64,000 nt of DNA, taken from Octopus sinensis (taxonomy: Eukaryota). The stretch spans positions 67,332,001-67,396,000 of the forward strand of contig NC_043005.1 of the NCBI RefSeq assembly GCF_006345805.1, written 5' to 3'. Below, in pieces: positions 1 through 14,123 of the stretch (within the stretch, counting starts at the first letter, position 1; every line of letters starts with the position of its first letter). Made by a program: the position numbers and the translations under genes. Under the pieces are notes generated by a model, which saw only the letters and a program-made list of their open reading frames with translations, did not search any database and was not told the DNA's origin.

Positions 1-158
1 CCGAGAGCTTCTTATAGTTACCACGTAATGTCGATGTTAGGGTGATATATCGGAAGATTGTAATAACTTGTCGAATCACAATTAATACTGTAGCTAAGCA
101 AATACTTAGATGTACTTGCATAGCAAGTGATTTGATCTGAGATCGTGTGCTGAAACGA

Positions 159-332
159 AAACAATTGCAGCGTGGAAGGTGCCTGTAAGCCATTTAAGAA
201 ACACACAAAAGCCGTTCGGTCTTAAAGGGACGAAAATATTTTGACAAATTAAACTTAAATGTTGAAGTGAATCGAACGGCTTTTGTGTGTTTCTTAAATG
301 GCTTACAAACACCTTCCACGCTTCAATTGTTT
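159..332. repeat. Inverted repeat, ~60-bp arms (159-218 / 273-332)
   Basis: aaacaattgcagcgtggaaggtgcctgtaagccatttaagaaacacacaaaagccgttcg is mirrored by cgaacggcttttgtgtgtttcttaaatggcttacaaacaccttccacgcttcaattgttt with few mismatches. Confidence 0.85.
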
Positions 333-543
333 GTTTGAATATATACTCTTTTTCTCATATAACAACATATATCTCATAACACCCATCACTCACACATGCA
401 CAGATTCTTACATACATTTGCATATATACACATATGTATGTATATATGAATGCATGTATGTATGTAAGTCACGTTATAATTAATACATATAAATACATAT
501 GTATGTATGTATGTATGTATAAATACATATGTATGTATGTATG

Positions 544-963
544 TCATTATTCAGTTCTATTTCAAGATTTCTGACCAATAAAGAAAAATCTTGTTTCTAG
601 CTTAGATCCAAGTCTCCTTTATTGGAATTTCAATATCAATAACAGGGTATCTTTGAATGCTTGCATGTATGTATGCATGTACGTACGTATACGTGAAGAT
701 TCTTGTGGCTTATGCATATACTTGCAAATCTAGACATGCTCATATATAATTAAATGATAAACTTCTGGGAAGTTTACAGATTTTACAGTTCCAGTGATGA
801 CTTGGATCTGTAGACTTAGAACCATCTTTCTGCTTTCTGGTTTTGGGAAGCCTAATATCTCAAGATTGGTATTTAGGCAGTCTATTACATATCCCAGTGC
901 CACAATAGTTACAGGTATATATCTGAACTTGTAATCTGGACAGAATAGCCGCAGATTTCTCAG
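544..963 (-). mobile_element. 3' fragment of an R4/Dong-like RLE non-LTR retrotransposon
   Basis: Reverse complement aligns by eye with 23180-23460 and 25050-25435 (C-terminal ORF plus 3' UTR); flanked by (TATG)n. Confidence 0.75.
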
Positions 964-1392
964 TATGTATGTATGTGTGTATGTATGTATGTATGTATGT
1001 ATGTATGTATGTATGTATGTATGTAGGTAAGGTAGATACGTAGGAATGTAGGTAGATAGGTAGGTAGGTAGGTAGGTAGGTAGGTAGGTAGGTAGGTAGG
1101 TAGGTAAGTAGCTAGGTAGCTAGATATATATGTATGTATGTAGGTACGTACGTACGTAGATATCTAAGTAGGTAGGTAGTAGGTAGGTAGGTAGGTAGGC
1201 AGACAGACAGGTAGGTAGGTAAGTAGCTAGCTAGCTACCTAGCCGTCTAGCTAGCTAGATATGTATGTAGCAAGCTAGATATGTATATATGTATGTATGT
1301 AGCAAGCTAGATATGTATATATGTATGTATGCATGCATGTATGTATGTATGTATGTATGTATGTATGTATGTATGTATGTATATGCATGTAT
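964..1392. repeat. Compound (TATG)n/(TAGG)n/(TAGC)n microsatellite
   Basis: Directly visible. Confidence 0.95.
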
Positions 1393-1805
1393 GAGTGTGT
1401 TCGGTCTCCATAAAAAATATTCACGTTAGTGAGTACCATGTATACATCTTTTTAAAGATCTGTTGATTACATAGATCACTTCAAATTCCTGCCAGTTTTA
1501 ATATATTCTCTTACTGCATTTTTATATATCTTTTATCAGCATATTCTTGGTATTACGACGCTTCATTAGTAGCGTCATCATAGATAGTCTTCCATCGATC
1601 TTTTATCATTTATGTAAATTTCCTCCTCAGTTCCATTGTTCTATTTGCTGAAGACTTAACCTCAACTATTCCTGCTTATTAGGACACTATATTTTTATCA
1701 ATCATTTTGTATACGACTTACGTAATGAAATCCAATATGCATGAATTATACTATATGTATGTGTTGATTATATACGTGTGTGTTTGTATATATATATATA
1801 TATAT

Positions 1806-1906
1806 TGGCCTGCTCGCTTAGCCAGCGGGGTGGCGTCATTCGAAGGCTAAAACAATGCGAACGCATTGTGACCAGCGATGTGTAACTACATCTGATGGAC
1901 TGGTCG
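1806..1906 (+). mobile_element. SINE family C, 3' fragment
   Basis: Matches 46673-46780 (ggtggcgtcatt.gaagg...aatgcgaa...cattgtgaccagcgatg). Confidence 0.6.
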
Positions 1907-1942
1907 TAAAAACAAAATTTTTTCTAAATATATATATATATA

Positions 1943-2330
1943 CTTAGCTTATTTTTCCTTGGTGCTGACCAGATTGGAGCAATCTCGAGTATAACCAGCC
2001 GAAATTTCAAAGATAATCTGGAACTTGACTGAGGAGAGAAAACGCCGAATGATCCGTCCTTGTTTTCCTTATAGCGTCTGTCTGGATATTTTGTTTTCCT
2101 GTTTTGGTTTCACCTAACTGTCTGGATGTTTTGCGTTCTTGTTTCATTTTTGTATCATATATATATATATATATGTTGTTGTATTTCGGGATAGTTATTT
2201 TCTTCCAAATAAACACACGCACTATATATTTATTCTTCACTGTTTTTTTCCTGTTCTTATTCTAACTCATGTCCACTATTCAGAAATATTTCGTCACACA
2301 TCTGTGATCGCTTCAGCGACAGCTTCTGAC
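1943..2330 (+). repeat. Interspersed repeat fragment related to the minus strand of 40500-40625
   Basis: Shared gctt..ttttt.cttgg..ctg...ttggagcaa...cagccgaaattt...gactga.ga...cgaatgat blocks; follows a (TA)n tract. Confidence 0.5.
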
Positions 2331-2938
2331 TTCGTATGTGTGAGTGTGTGTGTGTGTGGTGGGGGGCTATGCGTGTGTTTTTACGTGCACGCATGTATGC
2401 ATAGCTACAAGCATAAGTGTGTTGGTAAACATTTCGCTTCAAAACCTGTACTTCTATGACGAAACACTTGGTTGATCTTTTTTCTACTAGAGACATGCCA
2501 AGATTTATATGAATTAAATGTAGTAGACGAAACGTATTCAATTGCATATAAACATATTTCTATTCAGGTGTGTGTATATGATTATATGTGAATGTGTTTG
2601 GATGCTTCACTTGGTATATTGGAATGCATAATCGTCCTTTAAATCCGTTCGAATTATTTTCCCCTCTTCAATGGCCACTGTGCTTTTTCTTTCATATGAC
2701 AATAATTAGATACACTCTATGAATGCTACGTGTGATGATAGAATCGATTAAAATCCTTGATGCCCCAAACCAATAACGAAAATCACTAAAAGAAGAAAAG
2801 GTGAATGAAAATGTGGAAGGACTTAATCCGAAACCTCTGATGACTTCCCTTTCTCATGTAAAACTATCTTGAGTCCCAAGGCATCCCAACCATGATTGGG
2901 TAGTCCTCGTATCAAAGATGATCCATCCAATTATGCTG

Positions 2939-2999
<61 letters not shown>

Positions 3000-3888
3000 C
3001 TTTCACTCCATAGTGAAATGTAGTTTTCGTTTTGTATACTTTTTTCTTTCTAGTAAAATTGAAAGACACGTTCATTTAGTTGTGATGTGCATAGCATAAA
3101 TATACTGTTAGAAAATATATAATCTTACATTAAATCACATCTCAACAAGATAGCAATTGATAAAAAGAGACAATTTTTCGACTATCCTGAAGACATTTTA
3201 CCGCTAATGAATGTGTCCAAAGGCAACTGAAATAAAGTTGTGAAAATAATTGAAAACTCGTGATGATACCGTATTTAGAATGTGTAGTTAACCTACTTGA
3301 AATCCTACTGCATAACCCAATTATAATATTAAAAATGCAGTATGCCTTTAGAAATGACACGCAGTTTTCTTATATTGAAATTATATCCTACATTTTTGAC
3401 TTTCACTCTCAACTGGTTTGACGTTACTTTACATGACAGCAAGACATACCAAATGTTAGTATGAATATGACTTAAGAATTAATAACGTACGCACCTACTC
3501 TTAATGAGGACTTACAACTAAGTTCACTCATGGTTTAATGTATAAGTAGTTTGTATTTAGAGGAAGTGTTCTAGATATTATTTTTTTTATATACCAACTT
3601 AATCAGGTAGAATCATTTTTTTTTTTTTTTTAGATAGTAGTTACTTTAATATCATTTTGCACTTGTGATCTCCTAACTGTTGATGTTGAAGTAAAGAGTA
3701 AACAGGTTAAGGTATGAAAGAAAAAGAAATGTATTTTCAAAGCATGAATATTTAATTTAGGAGTAAAATCAATATAAACAGTACGATGTAACTTTGAGTT
3801 TGACTAAGCGCGAGTCTTCCTATTATAAAAGCTGTTAGATAACTACTCGATGCAACTTTCGTAATCTCTCTCTCCTCCCACATCACTG

Positions 3889-3955
<67 letters not shown>

Positions 3956-3976
3956 GTATATATATGTGTGTGTATG

Positions 3977-4023
<47 letters not shown>

Positions 4024-4934
4024 TTATACATACATACATAAACATATATATGCATATATATATAGGTTTGTCTGTTTGTGTGTGTTCCCCCAACTATAGC
4101 TCTTCTACCCCTTCCTCTCTTTAAATATGTGCACATGTGTGCGTATGTCTTGTGGTGTATGTTTATACATGAATATACATAGATTTCATTAAATACTTGC
4201 TTACACATAAACATACACGACTTCTTATCAACCATAAAATATCAGATTAAAGCGGTACCGAAATGAAATTTTGTAACGTTCAGAACTTATCATTTGTGTT
4301 TAGATATGGTAAACAATTTCGAGAATAAATATAAGGCTTGTATCTACGAAAGAAAGAATAAATAACACTTTCATTATCATATTCTTCATTATCATCATTA
4401 ACATTATGAATATCAATTAAAAAATAGCACCATTCTAGAATTTCAATGAAAGTTTAATCACACCAGATAAAGCTAAAATCAGATATAGTTACAAATATAA
4501 GGAACGTCAATAATATAGACAACAGAGTGCAATTTAGAGTGAGTTACCCGCTACATCAAATGCTAACAATGATAAGCAAGACTCCCTTGTCGGTTATTTC
4601 TTTTATCAACTTCTGAACGATAAATGACAAAGTCAATCCTGTGGGGATTTCAAATCAGGTTGTAACCGGAAGTAAATGTTATATTAGTCCCAACACCTTC
4701 GATTCTGACAATGATAATAATAAACACTAGGTTCCAATGTATTGATAGTCTTCACACAGTCTTCCTTCTACTGCAGCAATTTTAAACTGATCCGCGGAAT
4801 ATTTATATTTAAAGTAAAACCACAAATAATACATACGAGCATCTATAAACAAATGACTCTAATAATGATTTTTTTTCTGATAATATCAAAAATAGTTTAA
4901 ATATCTCCAATAACAATACTAATACAATCTACGA

Positions 4935-5120
4935 TAGACACAAAGCCTGAAATTTTGTGGGAATCAGTCTAGTCGATAATATTGACCTCAGTATTTAATC
5001 AGTGCTTATTTCATCGACTCCGAAAAGATGACTGGCAATTTCAAGACGGAATTTGAACGCAGCCACGGACAAAATGCTATTAAGCACTTTGCCCGGAGTG
5101 CTAACGATCCTACCGCCTTT
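4935..5120 (-). mobile_element. SINE family B, diverged copy
   Basis: Reverse complement of the 17588 head (ggcggtaggatcgttagcactccgggcaaagtgcttaatagc...gttcaaattccg). Confidence 0.65.
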
Positions 5121-5128
5121 CTACCTTG

Positions 5129-5240
<112 letters not shown>

Positions 5241-5405
5241 CAACATTCAGAAAATTGCACTACTAGGCACTACACACATCCTACGCAGAACACTTTCAAT
5301 ACAGTAACCATCAGAGCATCACAAAAAATCACAGCACATACCCAAGGCACACAGAGCTGCGCTCGGTAGTGAAGTGAAAGCACGTTATAAAAATAAAACT
5401 ACTGA
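5241..5405 (+). mobile_element. Extreme 3' end of a second Dong/R4-like LINE family, embedded in (AAT)n
   Basis: Encodes NIQKIALLGTTHILRRTLSIQ* (typical QK..LLGT..I.R C-terminus); near-identical copy at 58451-58635 on the minus strand. Confidence 0.75.
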
Positions 5406-5420
5406 ATAACAATAATAATA

Positions 5421-5464
<44 letters not shown>

Positions 5465-5691
5465 AATAATAATAATAATAATAATAATAATTGTAATAAT
5501 AGATTTTAAAAAGGATTGACGTAACTCTTCAAAAAGGTAAACAGTCAAGACGAAAATTGTAAGATATCTTATTTGTTGAACGATATTTCAACAGTACGTC
5601 TGTCTTTGTCAAGTCCAAAATAAGAAGTGATAAAAATTCAAAATTAAAGAAATTTAAACGTAAAGTGTGAACGAGAGCAACCAGCGTCCAC

Positions 5692-5788
<97 letters not shown>

Positions 5789-5812
5789 AAGAAGAAGAAG
5801 AGAAGAAGAAGA

Positions 5813-6322
5813 AATGCCCTGATGCAATACCAGACATGCCTCTCATGTCTCCTTGTCTCAATTGATTGGAAGTGTTAACATGTATATGTTTTGTCTTGGT
5901 ATAAAAAATGGATTCCAGCAAATATTTTGCTCAATGCCACAGATTTGCATGCCAGTTGTTTGGTCTTAATCAGTTGGGAGCTGACAATATGTGCATATCT
6001 GATCACAAGCAGAAGTATTGGGGGGAAGAATCATAGCCTTTGGGGTTTGACTTATTTTACCTCTGGAAACATGGGTGTTTCGTTCATCATGAATCAAATC
6101 TTATTAAGGGACCTTTGGAACGAGATCGGCTACTCGACGTGAAGTGAATTTTATCTGGGCCCCACCTACAAGGTCATGCACTTTTTATCTTGATATGAGA
6201 TCACCATAACGCGTAAATATGGTTGTGATGCATGTGTCTTGTGTTCTCTTATGAGACGGATAATCTGGGCTTCGTATATTCGTATTCCAGTATTTTTAAC
6301 AGTATGCGCTGCTCTCTCACAC
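5813..6322 (+). mobile_element. ~510-bp non-coding interspersed element with an (AAY)n tail
   Basis: Homologous to the reverse complement of 59639-60168; flanked by trinucleotide tracts. Confidence 0.75.
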
Positions 6323-6400
6323 AACAACAACAACAACAACAACAACAATAATAATAATCATCATCATCGTCGTTTAACGTCCGTTCTCCATGCTAGCATG

Positions 6401-6453
<53 letters not shown>

Positions 6454-6889
6454 TCCGCAATGCAAAATTTTAAATTTGGCAATTCCCTGTTATTGAAGGG
6501 GCAAAATAAAACAGAAAATTCACGAAAAGGTAGATGAGGAATTTAAAATTAAGCATATCACAATCTGGGTGAAAGCGAATACTATATAGAGCCGATATTA
6601 AGTGTGACTTTCCTACCCATGTGACTAGTACTGCCGCTGCTACTACAACTACTACTACAATTGCTACTACTTCTACATCTGCTGTTACTACCACTATCGC
6701 TGCTGCTTCTGTTGCTTATGCTTATGCTGCTGTAACTGCTGCTGTTGCTACTACTGCTTCTGCAACTTGAAAATATTGTTGACAATGAATGTGAGGAGGT
6801 CTAAAATATTGTATGATCATTGACTTGGCGGGTATCGCTGAATAACGACAAGTATATGATTAGATCTGTAGCAAAAAACTGTCATTGCA

Positions 6890-7060
6890 GAAGGCAGAAA
6901 ACTGGTAAAACAAAAATATTCGAAAGAAGAACGTGAGGCAGAAAAGCAAAGAAAATATGAAAATATGGAGCTATATGGCCAGTTTAAAAGAGATAGTAAG
7001 CCCTAAAATTTTTTAACTGTCATGGGATTGGTTGAGAAGTGAAACCTAAAGCGGAGATCT
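6890..7060 (+). mobile_element. Decayed R4/Dong-like post-RT fragment
   Basis: Translates with frameshifts to ELYGQFKRD...SWDWLRS..LKR, resembling the LHGQ...SW.WL...LK motif. Confidence 0.45.
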
Positions 7061-7301
7061 GCCAGTGTAAAGAATGCAGCCGAAAACCAGCGCCTTAATA
7101 AAATTTGTCCCATTGTGGGTACAGTTCAGTCACGGCCTGCTCGAAAGCGGTACTACTCTGCTTTGGGTTACAATTCATGTGGTCGCAGTAATTCGTCACA
7201 GATTGTTTTCTTCTCTGAAACTCCGTTGTCCGGACCCTTTAAAAAGCAATCAGTGTTTTAGCACACTGACACAAACAAACAAACACACACACACACACAC
7301 A

Positions 7302-7333
<32 letters not shown>

Positions 7334-7336
7334 ACA

Positions 7337-7377
<41 letters not shown>

Positions 7378-7440
7378 AATAAAACCCCATGCGTTTTCAG
7401 CGTCAAAAATAGTGAGGATCATTTCCGCCGCTAGCATATA

Positions 7441-7838
7441 GGGGCAGTTGTGGCTATGTGGTAAGAAGTTTGCTTCTCCACCACATGGTGTCGGGTTCAG
7501 CCCCACTGCGTAGAATCTTGGCAAGTGCCTTCTACCATAGAATCGAGCGGATCAAAGCCTTGTGAGTGGAATTGGTAGATAGAAACTGAAAGAAGCCCGT
7601 CTCATTTATATGTATATATGTATGCGTGCCTTTGTGCCAGTGTCTGACCCCCACTTCCATTGTTTGTGTATTTACGTCCCCGTAACTTAGCAGTTCGTCA
7701 AAAGTTTCGATAGAATAAGAAGTACCAGACTTAATAAAATAAGTCCTGGGGTCGATTTGTTCGACTAGAAGCCTACAACGCATTGGTGCCCCAGCATGGT
7801 CGCAGGTAGTTGACCGAAACAGGTAAAAGATAAAAGAT
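7441..7838 (+). mobile_element. tRNA-derived SINE family A
   Basis: A box-like tggctatgtggt and B box-like gggttcagccc; five near full-length copies in the window. Confidence 0.85.
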
Positions 7839-10679
7839 ATATTTTGGCATGTATTTCTCTGTACATCTCGTAAGAAATATAGTAGCACTGCAACCCTACT
7901 ATTCTCTATCGTACTCTGCTCCGATTCACATCACTTGTCGATCTCCTTCGTCAGTACTTGATCAACTAGTTCGTCAGTCTTAATGCTGAAGTCATCCATA
8001 CAAACGAATTTGTCACTATTTATTTACTCTCACTTGTTTACAAAAAGCAGGAATTTGTAGTCTATGTAGCTAACTAGTCAAAGTCTCAGATAACTTCAAA
8101 CAATGCTAACGGACAAACCGATGATTGTGTATAAGACGCTGAGTATGAAGTAAATAAGCCGATGTTTTCTTTTTCAAATCAACACTGGTGCAGCAAGAAA
8201 AATCCAAGCGAAATCTCAGTGAGTTGAAGCTTCTTGGGCAGGTTTGTGATCTTTTAAACCACTTTTACTTATATGCTACTAACATGCATCTTTTGAATGC
8301 ATCTTCTACATACAAAACATGGAATTGCAAGACGAATTTTTATGAGACTCGGGTTACAAAATATCCCGAAGCACACTAGGAGGGAAGGCAATTAATGACA
8401 AAAATATCAGATACACGCAACCCGATCACCTTAAATATTTTTCACACACTTGATCATATTCATTAGAAATATTGAACGAGGATTCCGTTAAAAGGTTTGT
8501 TTTATCGTCTTTTTACCAAGAAAAATTTTTGTAACCTCAAATATTTTTCATTCACTGTGGTAATTCTTATTCAAGTCAGAAACGTTAAAGGATTTTTTTT
8601 TCTTGCCTATGATACACTTTTTTTCCCGATCGAAAAAGCTTGATGCGTTACTCAATCTGTGATTAATAAAGATAATAATAATACTTCTTAAAACCCATGT
8701 TTTTATGTAGACCTCAATATTTGACCACTGACTGGTCTAATGACTGAAACAAGTGAAAGGTAAAAGGACAAAAGACCACCTCAAATTCCCCATCCTTCTG
8801 AGGTATCACATGTATGGATCAAAGGACTCACATCTACCAATACGTTTTTCTGTCTTGTGTAGAATAGTTGTGTTATTTTGCTTGCTGCTCTTTTGCAAAC
8901 ATGTTGCTTGGCATTCTTATATTTCTCCATCATGTTTGACATAAGAACTTCTATTATATCCTGGATCTACTTATCTACTTTTCCAACGCTTTCTGACGGA
9001 CCTATATGGCGCTGAGCCATATTATATTTAGGCTGGCGTAGTTCATTATTGCTTGTGCAGCCTAGAATCTTTCATTTATATATGAGTGGCATACTTCTAA
9101 CAATAAACCACTTGACGATGACAACACACTATACTCTATTGATTATTCATTCACAATTTTCATCAACACAATCTAAACACAAGACATAGTAGTATTTCCA
9201 ATTTGAAAAGATACCCACATACGGGGATACAATTTCCTGTGCCGCAAAATTACATTCGTTATTCATCTGAAATAATCTTGCGCTGCATGCTTCCTTATAA
9301 CTAAGTAGTACATAACATACGCTTTCAAAGTTGTTATTGTAGGATGCGAGGAAAATAACCATTTCTGTCAAACTCTTAATAACATCACATATAACACTTC
9401 AAAGTAGAATTATAAGAATATTCTTCTTCGAGGTTAGTAATTCTTCCGCCTTGATCAGTTTCTTCTGACATATTTCAAACTTCAGATGTCACTAACATTA
9501 AATATTTTCATCAATCTGTGTTAAGGCTATTGATTATTTCTAAGTAAAAACACACAAAACTGAGTTTGTTAAAAAGCAATCTGTTGATTAGCAAACAGTC
9601 AGTCAGCAAACACTGTAACAAATGTTTTATATATTCATTATTTCAACTATGACGGCTTCTGTGGCAAATAATTGTATATCTGTCTATTCACAAACGGAAT
9701 CTGTATTTTGGTCTTTATGAACGTCCTTAATACCTTTTACCGCTTTAAACTATTGCATAGTAACTGTCACTTTCCTCCAAACTCTAGTTACTAGTATGCG
9801 GGCAGCATATATATGTCCGTGATTAAAATGTTATTAAGCATATTTTCCAAGCTTATTACAGGTTTTCTTCAGTCGAGTACAATGCAGTAAATATTTGAAT
9901 ACTTGATATTTTATTGCTAACAATGAAATCCAACATCATAAAGGTTACTTTATAAGCTATAAAAGAGGATGAATGATGAGACGGGAAATATTCCCATAGA
10001 GATACTCAATCACAGTTTATATGGCGCTTTTGTATTCTTGTATTATAAAAAAGTAACTATGTTGTTAATTATGTGATTCAAAATATGCAGTTCACTAATG
10101 TTTATTGATGGTATCAGATGTTTGTGTTTTATTTCTCTTTTACAATATCAGGCTACAAATGTATTTTTGATATCTTCTGATGCCAAATTATGTTATTATA
10201 TCATAGCTTAGAAATTCAAATCCATAAGATACTTTGAGAAATTAGTATGCTACCGACTAAAAGAGTAAAATAAGGAAACTGAGACCGAAATTTTGAAGCT
10301 CAGGCTCGTTTATTTTATGTTTCATGTTTCAGAATCATACGGAACGGATTTCTTCTAACTCTGCTATACTGATATGCATCCTGGTGCGTTTAAAAGAAGG
10401 TAAAGTAAGATTATAACACTTACTTGTTGCGTGGAGAAGAAAGGGCAGTGCCCATGGCTTTGCAAGACATTCTAGACACCCTAAACTGATAAAATGGGTG
10501 GCATTAATGTTTCCTACCAATTTTTATGAAAACGTGTGAGAAAAATTAGGGCAGGAATTCCAGAGGAGAAAGAATTTTTATATTCCAGTTTGTGGGGTTG
10601 TTCAATATATTTACCAGCGAACACTAATCAAGCAGATATTTTTAATATTTATAATATAATGGATGGTGGAGTAATATCA

Positions 10680-10960
10680 ACTATGTTCCTTTCCTGGGAA
10701 AGGTAGAACCTGACATTTATAGTTTAGCCTAAGACATAAGACTTGCAACAGAATGGACTCTGCTAAAGGTAGATAAGATACTGGTGGAGGTGTTATGCTG
10801 GAAATTAACAGTATCATCCTTAAGTGCAAAGCAGCCAATGTGGGTCTGCACAACTCCTGTTTGTTTAATTCTTCATTTCCCACTCAAGGTCTGTATCGAT
10901 CTGAGAATATAGATAAGGTGCCGAATATGGAACTAGGTGATTGGATGATTGTGGCGTAAA
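10680..10960 (+). mobile_element. Possible decayed LINE APE-endonuclease remnant
   Basis: Order of short motifs PDI..L, GGGV, LYRS, GD resembles APE; very degenerate. Confidence 0.3.
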
Positions 10961-10989
10961 CTTCATACGACTAATAAACGCATACGACA

Positions 10990-12605
10990 AATAAACGCAT
11001 GCAAGATAGCCACAGACATAATAATCAAAGCCCCTACTCTTAATGATCTCAAACTGAGACCTATAATAGCTGGTGCCTCATATGAAACCCAGTGTCTCAG
11101 TAACTTTTTAGATACCCTCTTAAAACCACTCCTCGAGCATGCCAAAAGCTATATAAGAGACGAGCTGGATATGCTCAATCACCTTCCTATAATAATAAAG
11201 AAAAACACCCTACTAGTATCCTTTAATGTAGTCAAATTCTATTCCAATATCCCCCACAACCTAGGAATAGAGGCAATTCAATTCTGGCTGGAGAATTACC
11301 CCCAGTGAACTCCCACATCGCATGAAAACAGAATTCGTGATAGAAGGGCTAAAATTCATCCTGGATAATAACTACTTCGTCTTCAAATACAACTTCTACC
11401 GACAAAAATCGGGGACTGTGATGGGTACCAGAATCGCCCCTCCTTTTCTAACCTAGTCATGGGATGTCTAGAAATTAGTCTTTATCGTAAGGATCTAGAA
11501 AGATACGGCTCCCATTTTCCCTCTACATAGAAAATAACTGAAAGAGACACCTGGATGATTGTTTCATTCTTTGGTATGAACATGTAGAGAAACTTAAAGA
11601 ATTCCAAGCACATTTAAATGAACTTGACGTAAACATTCAATTCACAATGGAATATAGCCAGCAACAACTTGCCTTCCCAGACGTCCTCATTAAGAAATCT
11701 AACAACGTAATTGAAACAAATATATATACTATAAGCCTACAGACTCCAAGCAATATTTACCGTTCCACTCATGCCACTCCAGACACACCAGAATGAATAT
11801 CCCATTGAACCTAGCAAAAAGGATATGTACTATAGTTTCTAATGCAATCACCAGAGACACACGACTACATGGACTAAAGGATACACTCATCACCAGGAAC
11901 TACCCACCCTCACTAATTGACATATGCTTTCAACGTGCCCTTCAACTCAACATCCAGGAACGCAAACATCCCAAATTAAAGAAGGATTTACAACCAAAAG
12001 CCCTACCATACACCTCCACACACAACCCTCTCAACAACGAAGCATTTGACGCCATCCTTCAACACATTCCCCTGCTAAAAAGGGGCCACATAATGAACTT
12101 AGTACTCCAAACAGACACCATCATAAAAAGCAAGAGACAGCCCAAATCTATGAAAAGTCTCCTAACACAAGCCCGAATACGCTCAAGAACACAGAAGCCG
12201 TCAGTAAAAAAATACAGAAGACCCAACTGTGGGATATGCGTCAATTTAGTTGAGCGATGAGAGTTCTCCTTCAAACAGGGACAACGTTTCACAGCGAAAA
12301 GCAACTTCACATGTGCTTCGGAGAATATGATATACGCACTAACCTGCTCTGGCCAAACAAAAAACAGTCTACATAAAAGAATGGCTCTGCACAGATCCCA
12401 GATCAAAATTTCCCCAAAACAGAAAAATAGCATTCAGCCAACACATAGACATTTGCGCCAATAACAAAAATCCAAGCTTCAGAATTTTCCCCCTCTACCA
12501 ATTCAGGGACGATACAAACTGTAGCGAACGAGTAAAGAGACTCGCTTTAGTAAAGAGACTCGCTTTATTACAAAATACAGATACCTTTTGAACGCGTTTA
12601 TAACA
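10990..12605 (+). mobile_element. Penelope-like element, 5'-truncated RT + GIY-YIG pseudogene
   Basis: RPIIAG, SFNVVKFYSNIP, GTVMGT, LDDCF, YYKPTD, NIPLNLAKRIC, CGIC, FTCASENMIY across stops and frameshifts; colinear with 35426-36958. Confidence 0.9.
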
Positions 12606-12984
12606 AACGATATACCACCACGGCCTTAGAATAACACAAATACACACGCAAATATTAAAAATGATACACTCAAGAGATTCCCGAGAATTTATTAAAAAAC
12701 AGTCACAATCACTTCTATAATCCATAACGAGTCAATTTTAGGTCACATGCCCATTTAACACCTTACTGCTATCATACTAACTATATTCCTTCTTATTCTC
12801 CCTTCTCTGTCTCCTTCTTCTTCTTCGTCTTCTTCATCTCCGCCACCTCCTTCCTAACTTTACCACTATTGCTATTTAGAATAAGACCTACGCAAAATTT
12901 ATAAACGAAACATTCAAAAGAGATGTTTCAGGAATTCAATCACTACTGCCATCCACATCGGATCACTTGCAGGGCAGTTAACCA

Positions 12985-13300
12985 TCTTCTTCTTCTCCTT
13001 CTTCTTCTTCTTCTTCTCTTCTTCTTCTTCTTCTTCTTCTCCTCCTCCTCCTCCTCCTCCTTCTTCTTCTTCTTCTTCTCCTTTATCTTCTTGTTCTTCT
13101 TCTTCTCCTTCTTCTTCTTCTTCTTCCTCTCCTCCTCCTTCTTCTTCTTCTTCTCCTTTATCTTCTTCTTCTTCTCCTCCTCCTTCTTCTTCTTCTTCTT
13201 CTTCTCCTTTATCTTCTTCTTCTTCTTCTTCTTCTTCTCCTCCTCTTCTTCTTCTTCTTCTTCTTCTCCTCCTCCTCCTCCTCCTTCTTCTTCTTCTTTC
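12985..13300. repeat. (CTT)n/(CCT)n compound microsatellite
   Basis: Directly visible; produces the poly-E/K/R ORFs. Confidence 0.95.
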
Positions 13301-13534
13301 ACAACGACCTCGCACCCAAAAAAGTAAACAAGAGAGACTGAGAGAAACAGGCAGAAACAAGGAAAATGCCCCTTGTATTTGAACACTATGAAATATTCTT
13401 TTAAAAAACTTTTGTTTTAATTTTTCCAAAATATAATTGTTTTCCATACTTACATTTGAAAAGTTCCAATGACTGAAACGGGAACTGAATTGATTTTTAA
13501 AAAAATATTTTAGCATTTTCTATCTTGAGTTTTT

Positions 13535-13631
<97 letters not shown>

Positions 13632-14043
13632 ATATGTGGTGTATATATATATATATATATATATAAAGTTAAAAGTTATCGGTAAACGTTTTTGATTTTC
13701 ACTCTCGATAAATTCATCCCCTTTTGTGTTCCCAGCACTCGGAATCTTAATTTAGGAGCCCTTAATTGTATAACTACATGAATAATATTTTTCTATATGA
13801 ATAATATTTTTGTCTTATGACTAATTCGTCTTTTGTGCTGGGCACCTGGTAGTAAATAATATTACTACCCTTCTTGTTTATATTCGTATATTACATGATG
13901 GATTTATTCGTAAAATTCTTCCCGGCATGCCCTATACTGCCGTGTAAATTTTGCGTCTGCGCAGAGATTTGAAAAGTTAAGATCTGCTAGTAGTCGGGTT
14001 CAACACATGGTCCCACATCGCTGCAGACCTCGATTAAATTTAG

Positions 14044-14123
14044 GCGACTCGCTGATGAAGCTAGCCTTAGCAAACATATTCTGTGTTTTGCTAGAAAGAA
14101 GCAGAAACCGCGGTTCGAGTTGT
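14044..14123 (+). ncRNA. Type I hammerhead ribozyme motif, copy 1
   Basis: Stem I GCGACUCG/CGAGUUGU; CUGAUGA at 14052-14058; stem II GCU/AGC plus inner UAGCAAA/UUUGCUA hairpin; GAAA at 14104-14107; palindromic ACCGCGGU stem III; GUU cut after 14115. The 10.1-11.1 position is A.A rather than a canonical pair. Confidence 0.75.

Noticed and set aside
2854-4235. YIYI/THTH-type ORFs here and throughout the window
   Set aside because: Translations of (TA)n, (CA)n and (TATG)n microsatellites
10423-10490. Possible minus-strand mini-exon ending at gtaagt
   Set aside because: Acceptor and frame are ambiguous; cannot be supported without RNA data
12914-13516. 200-aa acidic/basic ORF
   Set aside because: Produced by (CTT)/(CCT) repeats; open in several frames
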